Positions 9,154-19,494 of a DNA stretch of 62,955 bases are shown here, one piece after another. The translations under genes and the position numbers were made by a program. Position 1 is the first letter of the stretch; each line of letters opens with the position of its first letter. Location: positions 1-62,955 of the forward strand of contig WRBR01000002.1 in the NCBI GenBank assembly GCA_009784425.1. Direction: 5' to 3'. The DNA is from Coriobacteriia bacterium (GTDB lineage Bacteria; Actinomycetota; Coriobacteriia; Coriobacteriales; UBA8131). The notes under the pieces were generated by a model, which saw only the letters and a list, made by a program, of their open reading frames with translations, was not told the DNA's origin and did not search any database.

Positions 9154-9846
9154 CTATCGCTGCTGGCTCAGCTTAACAACAACACAGCGGTTGGGCTCTT
9201 CTCCGTCTGACTCAGTAAGCACCCGGCGCTCGTTTCTCAGGATAATGTGTATGATGCGACGCTCGTAAGGAGTCATGGGTCTCAGGCGCACGTCGCAGCG
9301 GCCTCGAATACAGCGTGCTGCAGATGCCTTGGCCATAGACTCAAGCTTCTGCCTGCGACGATGGCGATATCCCTCAATGTCAACAATAATGGGGTATCTA
9401 AAGCCAATCTTCTTGTTAACGATTGACGCTACCAAAAATTGCAGCGCGTCTAGTGTTTTGCCGTAGCGCCCTATGAGTACTGCCAAGTCGCCTCCCACAA
9501 CATCCAGGATAAGCTCGCCGTCTTCTCCCTCATACTCGTCGATGGCAGCATCTTCTGCATCAAAGTAGCTCAACAGGCTTCGCAGCGTCTCTAGGGCAGT
9601 GTCAGCAACTTGGTCAAGCTCCTCGTCGCTTAGTTCGGGGCTTTCACCGTACGATCTAGACTCCACTACGCCCTGAATATCTTCTGATTCATCCTCGCTG
9701 TTTAGTTCTTCTTCAATCTCGTCATCATCAGACTCGTCGTACGCTTCATCTAGGTCTTCTGAATCGTATGCCTCTTCAACTGACTGCTCATCAGTTTCTT
9801 CGGTAGTTGTTTCAGCAACTTCGGCACTTTCTTCGTCAAAGCTCAT
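9154..9846 (-). CDS. jag: RNA-binding protein Jag/KhpB (KH + R3H) with acidic N-terminus
   Basis: LIGRYGKTLDALQ KH motif, PMTPYERRIIH R3H motif; AAGGA RBS before ATG 9846. Confidence 0.93.
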   Translation of the reverse strand: MSFDEESAEVAETTTEETDEQSVEEAYDSEDLDEAYDESDDDEIEEELNSEDESEDIQGVVESRSYGESPELSDEELDQVADTALETLRSLLSYFDAEDAAIDEYEGEDGELILDVVGGDLAVLIGRYGKTLDALQFLVASIVNKKIGFRYPIIVDIEGYRHRRRQKLESMAKASAARCIRGRCDVRLRPMTPYERRIIHIILRNERRVLTESDGEEPNRCVVVKLSQQR

Positions 9847-9926
9847 TGTTTTCCTTTCTCTCAAGCACCTGCACGTGAGTGTGCTGTCTTTGATTCTTTC
9901 TATAGCAAGCTTTTTTTACAGCTGTT

Positions 9927-10694
9927 CTAGCGTTTTTTCTTGGGACGAGCCTTTCTTTCAACTCTGTCAACTTCTACCTTCACCGGCTTTACTGCTTCCA
10001 TTTCTTTTTCTTCTTTTTCGTCCTTTTTCTGCATCCTTATGCGTGAGAGTTGTTGCTGGGCAACTCCGATGTAAGAGCTTACGTCCCAATACAGAAGCAC
10101 GCCTGCGGGCACGCCCCAGCCAAACCACAGCATAACCACAGACATAATCCCCATCATAACTTTAGTGTTCTTATCTGCGTTTTTCTGAAGCAGCAGCGGT
10201 ATCATCAACGAGGCGGCAAAGAGCAGCAGCATTATGATGTAGGGGATGACTGCTATGACACCCTGCTCCGCAAACACCTGGCCGGTGGTTACGGTTAGGT
10301 CGGGGACAATGCCGTAGAAACTCACGCCTTCAGTGGTGCCAATGCGCTCTTCCAAGGTTCGGAGCACCTGAAACAGGGCAATGAATATGGGCATCTGCAA
10401 AAGCATAGGCAGGCAGCCGGCCAGGGGATTGAACTTTGCCTCTTTGTAGAGCTTCATTTGCTCCTGCTGCTGGCGCTGAGGATCATCAGGATACTTTTCC
10501 TTGATCTCCTTCATCTTAGGCTGCAGTTTTTGCATTTGATAGGTTGACTTGAATTGCTTTCTGGTTATTGGATAAATAAGCATCCTAAAGATGATGGTGA
10601 CAAAAATAATTGCCAGACCCCAGTCACCGCACCAGTCATAAAACCAGTGAATCACCCAGAAGATTCCGTCTAAAAAGATATCCCACGCTCCCAA
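9927..10694 (-). CDS. yidC: Membrane protein insertase YidC/Oxa1
   Basis: WGLAII, MQKLQP, NPLAGCLPMLLQMPIF, PAGVLLYW. Confidence 0.95.
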   Translation of the reverse strand: MGAWDIFLDGIFWVIHWFYDWCGDWGLAIIFVTIIFRMLIYPITRKQFKSTYQMQKLQPKMKEIKEKYPDDPQRQQQEQMKLYKEAKFNPLAGCLPMLLQMPIFIALFQVLRTLEERIGTTEGVSFYGIVPDLTVTTGQVFAEQGVIAVIPYIIMLLLFAASLMIPLLLQKNADKNTKVMMGIMSVVMLWFGWGVPAGVLLYWDVSSYIGVAQQQLSRIRMQKKDEKEEKEMEAVKPVKVEVDRVERKARPKKKR

Positions 10695-10761
10695 GATGTC
10701 TCCTGTTCTCTAAGGCAACACGCTCATCCTGAAGCCCTTATCAATTATTACTATCTTACTA

Positions 10762-11457
10762 CTATGCTAGCTTCTTTCCCATCTCTTCCGGCACCGGGTC
10801 ATATCCTCCCGGCCGAAAGGGGTGGCAGCGGCCTACGCGCTTGACCGACAACCACGTACCCCTCAGAAAGCCAAATCGCTTGATGGCAATAGAAGCGTAT
10901 TCTGAGCAGCTTGGTACATATCTGCATGACGGAGGAAGAAGTGGCGAGATGGCATGCCTATATATGCTGATACATACTAGCGCAAGGTGGCGAGGAATGC
11001 CAACAATGTAGGAAAAAACCGTCTTTTTTTTCTCGTTTTCTTTCGTTCCCTCAAAAGGGTCGAGCAAATTTTCCTTCGTTCCCTCAAGATGGTCGGGCGC
11101 AGAGCCACCCCGCTGCCCCTCTTGTTTGAGCTTCTTTCCCAGGCACTCAAGAGCAAACACCAGGTCTACAAACTCTGCCTCATATATGCTTCTTTGAGCA
11201 ACCAGTACCACGTCAAAACCGCTCCAGGGGGCCCCTGCCGCACGCGCAGCCTCTCTCAGGCGTCGCTTGGCTCTGCTGCGCCGAGGAGCTGTGCCCAGCT
11301 TTTTGCCGGCCACATAGGCCACTCTGCCTAGTTCAGTGTTTTTTCCTTCTTTGTTCTCCCCAGGGCCGTACAGCGAGAAAAAGCCCGTGCCGGCATACCT
11401 ACTGCCGTGGTCAAAGAGCCAAGTGATTCTATCCTTTGATTTGATGGTATCTTTCAT
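10762..11457 (-). CDS. rnpA-yidD: Fused RNase P protein component (RnpA) + membrane insertion efficiency factor (YidD)
   Basis: N-half [27 protein letters not shown] (RNR-motif region); C-half [22 protein letters not shown]...[14 protein letters not shown]; one uninterrupted ORF between rpmH and yidC. Confidence 0.88.
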   Translation of the reverse strand: MKDTIKSKDRITWLFDHGSRYAGTGFFSLYGPGENKEGKNTELGRVAYVAGKKLGTAPRRSRAKRRLREAARAAGAPWSGFDVVLVAQRSIYEAEFVDLVFALECLGKKLKQEGQRGGSAPDHLEGTKENLLDPFEGTKENEKKKTVFSYIVGIPRHLALVCISIYRHAISPLLPPSCRYVPSCSEYASIAIKRFGFLRGTWLSVKRVGRCHPFRPGGYDPVPEEMGKKLA

Positions 11458-11496
11458 CTGCCGAGAATCCCAAGGCTCTCCCTCGGGCTCGATGAT

Positions 11497-11643
11497 CTAA
11501 CGCGGCGACGAAACTGTCAGACGCTTGCGACCCTTTGCACGACGCGACGAAAGTACCGCCCTGCCGCCCTTAGTAGACATGCGAGAGAAAAAGCCGTGGC
11601 ACTTTGCGCGCTTACGCCTGTTTGGCTGATAAGTCCGCTTCAT
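11497..11643 (-). CDS. rpmH: 50S ribosomal protein L34 (missed by the ORF track)
   Basis: Manual translation [48 protein letters not shown]; GAGGA RBS. Confidence 0.97.
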   Translation of the reverse strand: MKRTYQPNRRKRAKCHGFFSRMSTKGGRAVLSSRRAKGRKRLTVSSPR

Positions 11644-11929
11644 GTTGGTTCCTCGTTCCTAAAATCGTCAACGGCAATTTCTGTGTAGTATCTGCCGTAT
11701 TGTTGTGTATAACTGGCGAACAAGGAATTGTATTTTTTTTGGCGTCATCTGTCAACTTTGCACTCCTTATGCTTGCGCTAATTTCGCTTGGTGTGGCACT
11801 ACTTGCGCTGCAGCTGAGTGCGTAGCGCGCTTTCACAAAAATAGGAGCACTCAGAACCTGAATTATGCCTACTTTGACCCACAAAACAGCTACATACGGC
11901 TCGCCCCCGCCGCTCAAGAAAAAAAGAAA

Positions 11930-12490
11930 AATTTCTCTCTCCACAGCAGTGCCTGTGGAAAATGTGAAAAAACAAGTAAGTACGCGCACTTTCCTGTGGA
12001 AAACTTTATAAAGAAACATATGTTTGCTGTTGACAAGCACCGGCTTTCTATGCAAAGTAGTACCTCTGTTAGTTCAAAACTGCGTTAAAAAGTGGCTATT
12101 TGCCAGCAGTTTAACAGAAAGGCACCTTGAAAAGAGAATCTGTTTTTCTTTGCTCGTTCGTGTACGGGAATCTTTACATTTCCTTTACCTAATCGCAGGA
12201 TAAAGCTATCACGAAACAACATAATGTTTATTTTTTCACAGTTTCAGTAGGTTTTTCCCCAGGCTGGTCTTAGGTATCTTTCAAGATTTCACACCCTTTT
12301 CCCCACCTGTGAAATATTGTGGTAGACAATTTTGAAATTTCCTTGTAATGTGGTGTATCCTACATTTCACTCTGTTTCACAGATGGTAGGCACGGGCTTT
12401 TTACCGTAGTTTAAAAGATGGTTTTTCTCGTGCTTTTTCACAAGAAAAGTCCAAATTTTGGGGAAAAGCCTGTGAATTTCAGAAAAACCA
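11930..12490. other. oriC, upstream DnaA-box cluster (non-canonical boxes)
   Basis: AT-rich non-coding region with TTTTCCACA (11954, 11995 on minus), TTTTTCACA (12232, 12434), TTTTCCCCA (12253, 12297, 12459 on minus). Confidence 0.7.
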
Positions 12491-12564
12491 GGGATTTCTG
12501 TTTTGAAATATCCAGAAATCTTGAAACCGGCTGGTAGCCTCAATGTTGAAACCCGGTAATCATC

Positions 12565-13380
12565 ATGAACGATGGCAACATAGCAATAGAAGACAAAGCC
12601 CGGATAGCGGTCTACGACAGCCTTCTTTCTGCGCCTCGCGTAGTTGATATTCCTCCTCAGGATATACAGCAGTTTATCGAGGACATAGCGGTAGCCGCCT
12701 ACGAACTTTCGCGCCAGCAGGGAGGGCGATTGCCCTATACCGTTATCAGAGAGATAACGGAGAATTTTATCCACGCTGGTTTTTCTGAATGCACGGTGTC
12801 TATTCTCGATGAGGGCAACACCCTGCGTTTTGCTGACCAGGGACCAGGAATCACCAAGAAGGATCTGGTGCTAGAGCCCGGCGTGTCTTCGGCAGTCCGA
12901 TGGATGAAGGACTATATTAGAGGAGTGGGCTCAGGTTTTCCCATTGTGAGGGAATACCTTTCTGCCTCTCAGGGTTACTTGAGTATAGAAGACAACGCAG
13001 AAGAGGGTGTGGTGGTAACCATTTCCTTGGTTCCCCGCGTTGCTTCTCCACCATCAGCTGCCGGGTTTGGATATGAGATATCCTCTGTCCCCTCATTTGC
13101 TCAAGATGCTGAACTGGGTTCAGCAGGCATCAAAGAGCCTCTTGCACACCAAGGTTTAGAAAGAAACCTCAGCATGCGGGAAGAAAAAACTTTACTATTG
13201 CTCAAAGAACACGGTTTGCTTGGACCAATCGATCTGGCAGATCTTCTCGGAGTCAGCGCTCCTACCGCAACCAGGGTACTCCAAAAATTGGAAGAATCCC
13301 ACATGGTGGAACGCACTCAACTTAGGAAGCGGATTCTCTCAAATGCCGGAATGGCATACATTAAGGAGCTTCTTGTATAG
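12565..13380 (+). CDS. GHKL/HATPase_c domain + C-terminal winged-helix protein
   Basis: REITENFIHA (N-box), ADQGPGI (G1), RGVGSGFP (G2); C-terminal LGPIDLADLLGVSAPTATRVLQKLEE HTH; ends 38 bp before dnaA. Confidence 0.8.
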   Translation: MNDGNIAIEDKARIAVYDSLLSAPRVVDIPPQDIQQFIEDIAVAAYELSRQQGGRLPYTVIREITENFIHAGFSECTVSILDEGNTLRFADQGPGITKKDLVLEPGVSSAVRWMKDYIRGVGSGFPIVREYLSASQGYLSIEDNAEEGVVVTISLVPRVASPPSAAGFGYEISSVPSFAQDAELGSAGIKEPLAHQGLERNLSMREEKTLLLLKEHGLLGPIDLADLLGVSAPTATRVLQKLEESHMVERTQLRKRILSNAGMAYIKELLV

Positions 13381-13418
13381 GTAACGATGTGCGGCGCGGG
13401 AGGATGTATTAATTAAAT

Positions 13419-14987
13419 ATGAGAGAAGTAAGTGACGTTTGGGGTCAGGCACATACCCTTTTGCTTAATACTGCTGAAACCACAGACTTGGCAAAAGTCT
13501 GGCTCAGCTATCTTGTGCCGGTTTCTTACGATGAAAACCAGATAGTTTTTGCAGTAAAGTTTCTCCAAGCAAAAAATTGGATAGAGGAGCGGTATCTCCC
13601 TTATATTATGGAAGCAATAGCTGCAGTTTTAGGCAGCCCCCGAGAAGTAGTGTTAATTATTGACGAGACTTTGGGTCAATATGCAACAACGGCAACAACC
13701 GGTTCCATCAGCATCCCAGCTGGCTCTCCGGTTGACTCTAACCCAGCTGGCCCTGCTGTTCACGCCGGCGCCTTTACAAGCCAGGCTACAAGCCCGGTCA
13801 CCACGCCTGTTGGTGTGCCCGGCGCAACCAGCTCTTTTCAAGCTGTGGGTACAACAACCCATGAGAACCCTGGTCGCAGCAGCGGCCTCAGCTCAATTTT
13901 TGCCCAAGATGACCCCGCTCCGGTTGCTCCGGTTGCCGAGCCTCAGTCTCGCTTAGTCTTTAAGAACTACGTGGTGGGTAACAGCAACTCAATGGCTTAT
14001 AGTACTTCGCTCAGGGTGGCAGAAAACCCGGGTCTCTATTTAAATCCCCTCTTTATCCACGGAAAAAGCGGCCTGGGAAAAACCCATCTCTTGCGGTCTA
14101 TAGAAAACTACATCAAGTCTTACCTGTTTGATAAACGGGTGGTGTACTCTCCAATCAATGACTTTATCAGCGATTACGTAAACGCTATAGCCGAAGACCG
14201 CAATCTCACTAGTTTCAAGCTTAAATATCACACCTGTGATGTTCTTCTTATAGATGATGTTCAAGTACTTGAAGGAAAAGAAGGCACCACAGATGCACTC
14301 TTTGAAATATTTAATATGTTTTATGAGAAGAAAAAGCAGATTGTTCTCAGTGCTGACAGGTCGCCTATTGAAATCAATATTGATGAGCGGTTTACCAGCC
14401 GTTTTGCCTGGGGTGCCACTGCAGAGATTCATCCTCCAAACTATGAAATGAAAACAGCAATTCTGAAGAATTACAAGCGTTACTGTTGCAGCTTCTTACA
14501 AATCCCTGAAGTGAGCTTTGAAGACGAGGCCATCCAAAAGATTGTTGAACTCTCTGGCTCTAACATCAGAGAGCTAGAAGGCGCCGTTAACAGTCTTATA
14601 GCCTTTGCTTCTTCTAACCCTGAAAGAGACATACTCACTCCTATTGCTTGTGGTGATGTGGAGCGCATCCTTGGTGACTCTTTCTTCCATCAATATACTC
14701 GCCGTGTTGATTTTGATATGGTTATGCGGGCTGTGGAGTCATATTTTAAAGTGACTCGTGCAGAACTTCTCAGTGAGAAGCGTTCAAAGAATATCACGCA
14801 TCCACGCCAGGTAGCCATGTATCTCATCAGACAGTTTACCGATATGTCCTACCCAGAAATCGGTGATGGTTTTCATAAAGACCATACATCAGTTATTTAC
14901 GCAGATAAAAATATCCAGGCAAAAATGGTTAAGGAGGCCAGTATTAAAAAAGAAGTTGAAAAGATTGCCGAGATACTGACTTCTTAG
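13419..14987 (+). CDS. dnaA: Chromosomal replication initiator DnaA
   Basis: NPLFIHGKSGLGKTHLL, LLIDDVQ, NIRELEGA, PRQVAMYL, KDHTSVIYA; long low-complexity domain II. Confidence 0.98.
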   Translation: MREVSDVWGQAHTLLLNTAETTDLAKVWLSYLVPVSYDENQIVFAVKFLQAKNWIEERYLPYIMEAIAAVLGSPREVVLIIDETLGQYATTATTGSISIPAGSPVDSNPAGPAVHAGAFTSQATSPVTTPVGVPGATSSFQAVGTTTHENPGRSSGLSSIFAQDDPAPVAPVAEPQSRLVFKNYVVGNSNSMAYSTSLRVAENPGLYLNPLFIHGKSGLGKTHLLRSIENYIKSYLFDKRVVYSPINDFISDYVNAIAEDRNLTSFKLKYHTCDVLLIDDVQVLEGKEGTTDALFEIFNMFYEKKKQIVLSADRSPIEINIDERFTSRFAWGATAEIHPPNYEMKTAILKNYKRYCCSFLQIPEVSFEDEAIQKIVELSGSNIRELEGAVNSLIAFASSNPERDILTPIACGDVERILGDSFFHQYTRRVDFDMVMRAVESYFKVTRAELLSEKRSKNITHPRQVAMYLIRQFTDMSYPEIGDGFHKDHTSVIYADKNIQAKMVKEASIKKEVEKIAEILTS

Positions 14988-15233
14988 TTTTGTCCTATCA
15001 TTTACCCTGGTAAAAACCTCTTAAAAGAAAGGGAAATATCTGATAAAAATATCCTGTTTTTTGTTGAAAACTTCTCCCCAATTTTTCCCTTGTTGAAAAA
15101 TATAGAAGTTGACAACAAAAACTACACAGATAAAATTGCCTATCAAGCAGGAAAAAGAGGAGTTTTTTAAGACTTTTAACACCCCTTATTATTACTGGTT
15201 ATATATTAAAAAAATTAGAAATAGGAGAGTCAG
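14988..15233. other. oriC, dnaA-dnaN intergenic unwinding region
   Basis: Degenerate boxes (TGTTGAAAA at 15062 and 15091, TTCTCCCCA at 15072), then CTTTTAACA-CCCC-TTATTATTAC (box, GC tract, DnaA-trio-like repeats) and an AT-rich tract. Confidence 0.75.
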
Positions 15234-16349
15234 ATGAAATTCACGATAGCAAGAGAGCAACTCGCTCATAGTATACGGATGGTTGCTAAGGCTATGAGTT
15301 CTCATAGCACTATTCCGGTGCTCAGTGGTATACACATCAGTGCTGTGGCAGATGGAATCATATTTGAAACAACTGACCTCGATATTTCTATAAGGCACAT
15401 TGAAGAAGCACTCATAGAAGAGCAAGGTGCCCTGGTTGTGCCGGGTAAGATATTCAACGACATCATCAACAGTCTTCCTGAAGAGGCAGTTTTTCTAGAG
15501 AAAACCGGAGAAAAACTGAAAATCACTTGCAGTGGAACCACCTTTGAGATTGCAACCCTCAACGCCTTGGACTTTCCACAGTTCCCTCAGATTATCCCGT
15601 CTCGGTCTTTAGAGGTTCCTTCTGTTCAACTATCAAACATGGTTAAAAAGGTGGGAAAAGCTGTTTCTAAAGACGTATCAAGAGCGGTATTAACCGGTAT
15701 CTACTTTGAGGTAAAAGAAGGACAACTCCGCTTAGCCTCAACGGACTCCTACCGGCTGGCCATCACCAAAGAAACATTAACTCCCGCCCCCGATGCACCA
15801 CCGATTGAGGAGTTCACTACCATCATTCCAGGCAGCGTACTTGACGAGGTTTGCAGGCTGGCTCCAAACACAGGAGATATCAAAATAGGGGAGAGTGAAA
15901 ACCAGATTATCTTCCAATTTGGATCCACTACCTTTATCTCTCGTAAGATAGAAGGTAATTACCCCAACTTTGAGCAGATAGTACCTGCAGAAAAAAGCGT
16001 GTCGGTGGTAGTAGAAAAAGAGCTGCTTTTAACTGCGGTAAAACGTGTTTCTATTGTGGCAAAAAATGCCAGTCCTATAAGGATATCCCTCCACGCAGAC
16101 ACACAGCAAATAGAGGTTACCGCCCAAACTCCTGATGTAGGAGAAGCCAAAGAAAATATTCCGGCGCAAATTGACGGAGACGAGATAGAGATTGGTTTTA
16201 ACCATCAATACATCTTGGATGGACTAAGTGTGGCCGGCGGAGAAGAACTGCTGTTTGAGGCGCAGACTTCTATCAAGCCCGGAATCTTCAAATCCATTGG
16301 AAATGACGATTATTTCTATTTAACCATGCCGGTTCGCTTAGACCGATAA
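15234..16349 (+). CDS. dnaN: DNA polymerase III beta sliding clamp
   Basis: PVLSGI, STDSYRLA, EGNYPNF, C-terminal LTMPVR; follows dnaA. Confidence 0.97.
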   Translation: MKFTIAREQLAHSIRMVAKAMSSHSTIPVLSGIHISAVADGIIFETTDLDISIRHIEEALIEEQGALVVPGKIFNDIINSLPEEAVFLEKTGEKLKITCSGTTFEIATLNALDFPQFPQIIPSRSLEVPSVQLSNMVKKVGKAVSKDVSRAVLTGIYFEVKEGQLRLASTDSYRLAITKETLTPAPDAPPIEEFTTIIPGSVLDEVCRLAPNTGDIKIGESENQIIFQFGSTTFISRKIEGNYPNFEQIVPAEKSVSVVVEKELLLTAVKRVSIVAKNASPIRISLHADTQQIEVTAQTPDVGEAKENIPAQIDGDEIEIGFNHQYILDGLSVAGGEELLFEAQTSIKPGIFKSIGNDDYFYLTMPVRLDR

Positions 16350-16379
16350 AAGGTTAAAAAGGTTAGTAACGGCACGATT

Positions 16380-17441
16380 GTGGAAATTACCAAAATCGAG
16401 CTTAAGAATTTTAGAAACCATAAGTATCTCTTGATAGATAATATTGGCTCGATTCTTATCATTGCCGGCAGTAATGCAGCAGGAAAAACAAATACTATAG
16501 AAGCGCTGCAGCTACTCTCCATGCATGAAACCTTCAAGAGGGCAAAAATTGAGGAGATGTTATGCACCCTTAGGGCCGCAGAAGAACCGAGCCTTATATC
16601 GATTGATATCTACGACCATAACACCCTTAATACCAAGCAGATAGTGTTGCAAGACAACACCCGCACCTATTTCTATAATAAAAAAGAGAGACCAGCCAAA
16701 GAGCTCATCGACCTTATTCCGGCCGTATTATTTACCCCTGACGATCTACAGATAATTAAAGGCCCGCCCGAGCAGCGCCGCGACATGCTGGACAGCCTGG
16801 GTAAAAGACTCTCAAAATCCTTTGCCCACATCAGAGATGAATATCACCGGGCGCTCAGGCACAAAAACAGCCTACTTAAACAAGAATATATCGACTTAGA
16901 TTTACTGGAGTCCTGGAATACCAACCTGGCTAAGCTTGGATCCTCTCTCAATAAGCACCGTCGTGGATTATCCGAGCAGCTCCTCGAGGTTGCCACCGCC
17001 GCATACAGCAAGATATCCGGGGGAGAAGAGCTGAGGGGTACGTATCTCTCCAACTTTGAGGACCTTGCCTTGGAGCTTTCACAAAACCGCGAGGCAGAGG
17101 TCCAGGCTGGGCGCTCCCTCATTGGGCCCCATAAAGATGACCTGAGTTTTACCATCAATGGCTCTGATACTCGACGGTTTGCCTCGCAAGGTCAGCAACG
17201 CTCGGTGGCGCTGGCACTAAAAATCGCCGAGATAGAGATACTCCGCAGGGTCTGCGGCAGAAACCCCTTGTTGCTCCTCGATGACGTGATGAGCGAGCTG
17301 GACACAGCCCGTCGCACGCACTTCATCGACCTCATTGAAAGCTCAACCCAGGCGGTGCTGACCACCACCAACCTAGGATACTTTGACGAGGAGTTTCTTG
17401 AGAGAGCCACAATAGCCCAACTGCAAGACAAGGTCAGGTGA
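16380..17441 (+). CDS. recF: DNA replication/repair protein RecF
   Basis: NFRN, GSNAAGKTN, GPHKDDL, ASQGQQRS, LLLDDVMSELD. Confidence 0.96.
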   Translation: MEITKIELKNFRNHKYLLIDNIGSILIIAGSNAAGKTNTIEALQLLSMHETFKRAKIEEMLCTLRAAEEPSLISIDIYDHNTLNTKQIVLQDNTRTYFYNKKERPAKELIDLIPAVLFTPDDLQIIKGPPEQRRDMLDSLGKRLSKSFAHIRDEYHRALRHKNSLLKQEYIDLDLLESWNTNLAKLGSSLNKHRRGLSEQLLEVATAAYSKISGGEELRGTYLSNFEDLALELSQNREAEVQAGRSLIGPHKDDLSFTINGSDTRRFASQGQQRSVALALKIAEIEILRRVCGRNPLLLLDDVMSELDTARRTHFIDLIESSTQAVLTTTNLGYFDEEFLERATIAQLQDKVR

Positions 17442-17782
17442 GTAGCATCAAAAAAAACAAAAGAAAAGAACACGAGCTCTCTTTAGGTGATGCAGTTGCC
17501 GAGTATCTCAACACCCTACCGCTTGCCAAACGAGGCTTAGTGGTCCACTGGGAGAAGGTAGCAGCACCCCATTTTCTTGAACATACCGACAACGTGGTAT
17601 ACGACTCCAAATCAAAAAACAACACCATATTAGTCTACGTTGACAGCGCAGCCTACGCCAACGAACTCACTATGGACAAAGAGCTCTACCGCATGTTGAT
17701 GCAAAAAGAAACCAAGAAAGAGATTGCTGACATCAGGTTTCTCGTGTCACGTAAAACCGCCCTCAGAAAACGTTCAACTTAA
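17438..17782 (+). CDS. DUF721/DciA-like helicase loader
   Basis: WEKVA...ILVYVDSAAYANEL pattern; canonical position after recF. Confidence 0.7.
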   Translation: MSSIKKNKRKEHELSLGDAVAEYLNTLPLAKRGLVVHWEKVAAPHFLEHTDNVVYDSKSKNNTILVYVDSAAYANELTMDKELYRMLMQKETKKEIADIRFLVSRKTALRKRST

Positions 17783-18998
17783 AGAGTTCTTCAGTGGCCA
17801 AGGAGAGTTTGGTAACAGAAAAATACTCTTCTGTGGGAAAAAGATAGAAGGTGTCATCTTCAGTATTGAGGTCTACACAATCGCCTCGCCCCTTATAGTC
17901 ATACTCGATGTGACAGGAATAGAGCGACGACACCGGCCAACGGAGCAAAAAGGGTTCTCCTTGATAGACACCGCTCAGCGTGAACCCATCCATGGCATGA
18001 ATCAGGCAACCGGGCTCTTCAAAGGTAATGAAACCCTTTGCGTTGGGAAGTGATTCAATACGAACTGCGGACTCAAAACGGTACGTGCCGTTTTCTACCT
18101 CACAACGCACGTTAGAGCGCTCCCACTCATACCAATCAGGGATATGGGAGAATTCCGTATCGCCTGTCTCTGCTTGGAGTTCACCAAACTCACTCATCTC
18201 CCAGATCTTGCCGCAGGAGCCACACTGGAGCTTATTTTCCCGCGAGGACATTTGATACTCAGTATTACAGGCTGGGCACTGGTACAGCACCTTGTGAAGA
18301 CCCTCGGCACGCTTTGCATCTTTAATAGAAACGGCCTTCTCTCTTTGCCATGCAAAATCGTCATACGCAAAGGCAACGTTGAGCTGTGCGTTTATTTCTT
18401 CCAGAGAGAGCTCCTGGGTTTCCTCCGCAGAAAAAAGCAGTTTCATCTGGGACTCCACGGGTTTTACCCCACGGTTCCCAACATGCCAGTAAGGCGAATT
18501 AACATGGTGCCCGTGCATAATCAGCACCACCACCGGCACATTCATCTTGCGTACCATTTTGCCCAGGGAGGCTGGCAGCACCGAGAAGGTTCCACAGAGC
18601 GAATAACGCGCCTCGGGAAACAGAACCACAATGTCGCCGTTATTGCGTGCGCGGAGCATGTTCTTTACCAGGCTGATACTACGTACAAACTTTCGGGTGC
18701 CAATGCCACCAGCCGCACGCAACAGCCCTTCGATTCCGATGAATCCATCGATAGCCACCACATAATTAGCCCGACGGGGAAATATTGCCTTTGTCATTAT
18801 CATGAAATCCATGAATGAATTGTGGTTGCAGAGCAGAAAGTAGGGCGGCTTAAGCTCCTTGGGAAATTCGGTCTTATCCACACGAGCGCGATGCGCCCAA
18901 GCTTTTGGAAAACTGAGCAACCAGGTTACCGGAGTCAGAATCCGCCACTGCCTGTTTGGGTGGCGGCGCATATCAAATCTATCGAAGTTCCCTATCAA
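17763..18998 (-). CDS. Lysophospholipid/glycerol-3-phosphate acyltransferase family protein with C-terminal Cys-rich region
   Basis: NHNSFMD (HX4D), FPEARYS, CPAC and CGSC; alternative start ATG 18971. Confidence 0.8.
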   Translation of the reverse strand: MIGNFDRFDMRRHPNRQWRILTPVTWLLSFPKAWAHRARVDKTEFPKELKPPYFLLCNHNSFMDFMIMTKAIFPRRANYVVAIDGFIGIEGLLRAAGGIGTRKFVRSISLVKNMLRARNNGDIVVLFPEARYSLCGTFSVLPASLGKMVRKMNVPVVVLIMHGHHVNSPYWHVGNRGVKPVESQMKLLFSAEETQELSLEEINAQLNVAFAYDDFAWQREKAVSIKDAKRAEGLHKVLYQCPACNTEYQMSSRENKLQCGSCGKIWEMSEFGELQAETGDTEFSHIPDWYEWERSNVRCEVENGTYRFESAVRIESLPNAKGFITFEEPGCLIHAMDGFTLSGVYQGEPFLLRWPVSSLYSCHIEYDYKGRGDCVDLNTEDDTFYLFPTEEYFSVTKLSLATEELFKLNVF

Positions 18999-19215
18999 TC
19001 AGTTTATCCAATGCCCAGAGCCAGCCCCATTATTATGACACATTGAGAGGATATAACAGGGACGGTTCTTGAAGGGCCTCAAAACCCTATCAATGCCGGC
19101 CTGAGTAGCCACACAGATGGCTATCAGTGGAGTAGCAGGAGGCTGCTTGGCAGAGAGCAGGGGATGGTGCCCCAACGATGCTGAAGACAGAGGTATCGTA
19201 TGTTAAAATATCGAT

Positions 19216-19494
19216 ATGAGAGACGAAGCTGTAAAAGACTATATCAGGCAACGTTCGGGGCTGTTTTGGTATTCACCGGAGGACAAGGGAGAAACAGTGC
19301 CGGACGACCTGCTTGTTGAGCAAGTGCTCAATTATGGAACCTTGGACGACGTGAAAGATCTCTTTCGCGTACTTGGTGTGGCCAAAGTCTCAGACACTTT
19401 TTTCAAGTCTCTCAGTCTGAGCGAAAGGCGCAAGAATAACTATTCTCCCATTACAGTAAACTACTTTACCCTACTGTTCAACCGCTATGTATGA
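19216..19494 (+). CDS. Putative antitoxin of the AbiEii-type pair
   Basis: 92 aa with LFWY...VEQVLNYGTLDDVK pattern; overlaps the toxin start; leaderless TGnTAAAAT promoter. Confidence 0.7.
   Translation: MRDEAVKDYIRQRSGLFWYSPEDKGETVPDDLLVEQVLNYGTLDDVKDLFRVLGVAKVSDTFFKSLSLSERRKNNYSPITVNYFTLLFNRYV

Noticed and set aside
11604-12774. ORFs called in the rpmH-dnaA interval (11612-12055, 11705-12088, 12367-12774)
   Set aside because: AT-rich origin and promoter DNA with atypical composition, overlapping the DnaA-box cluster or real genes.
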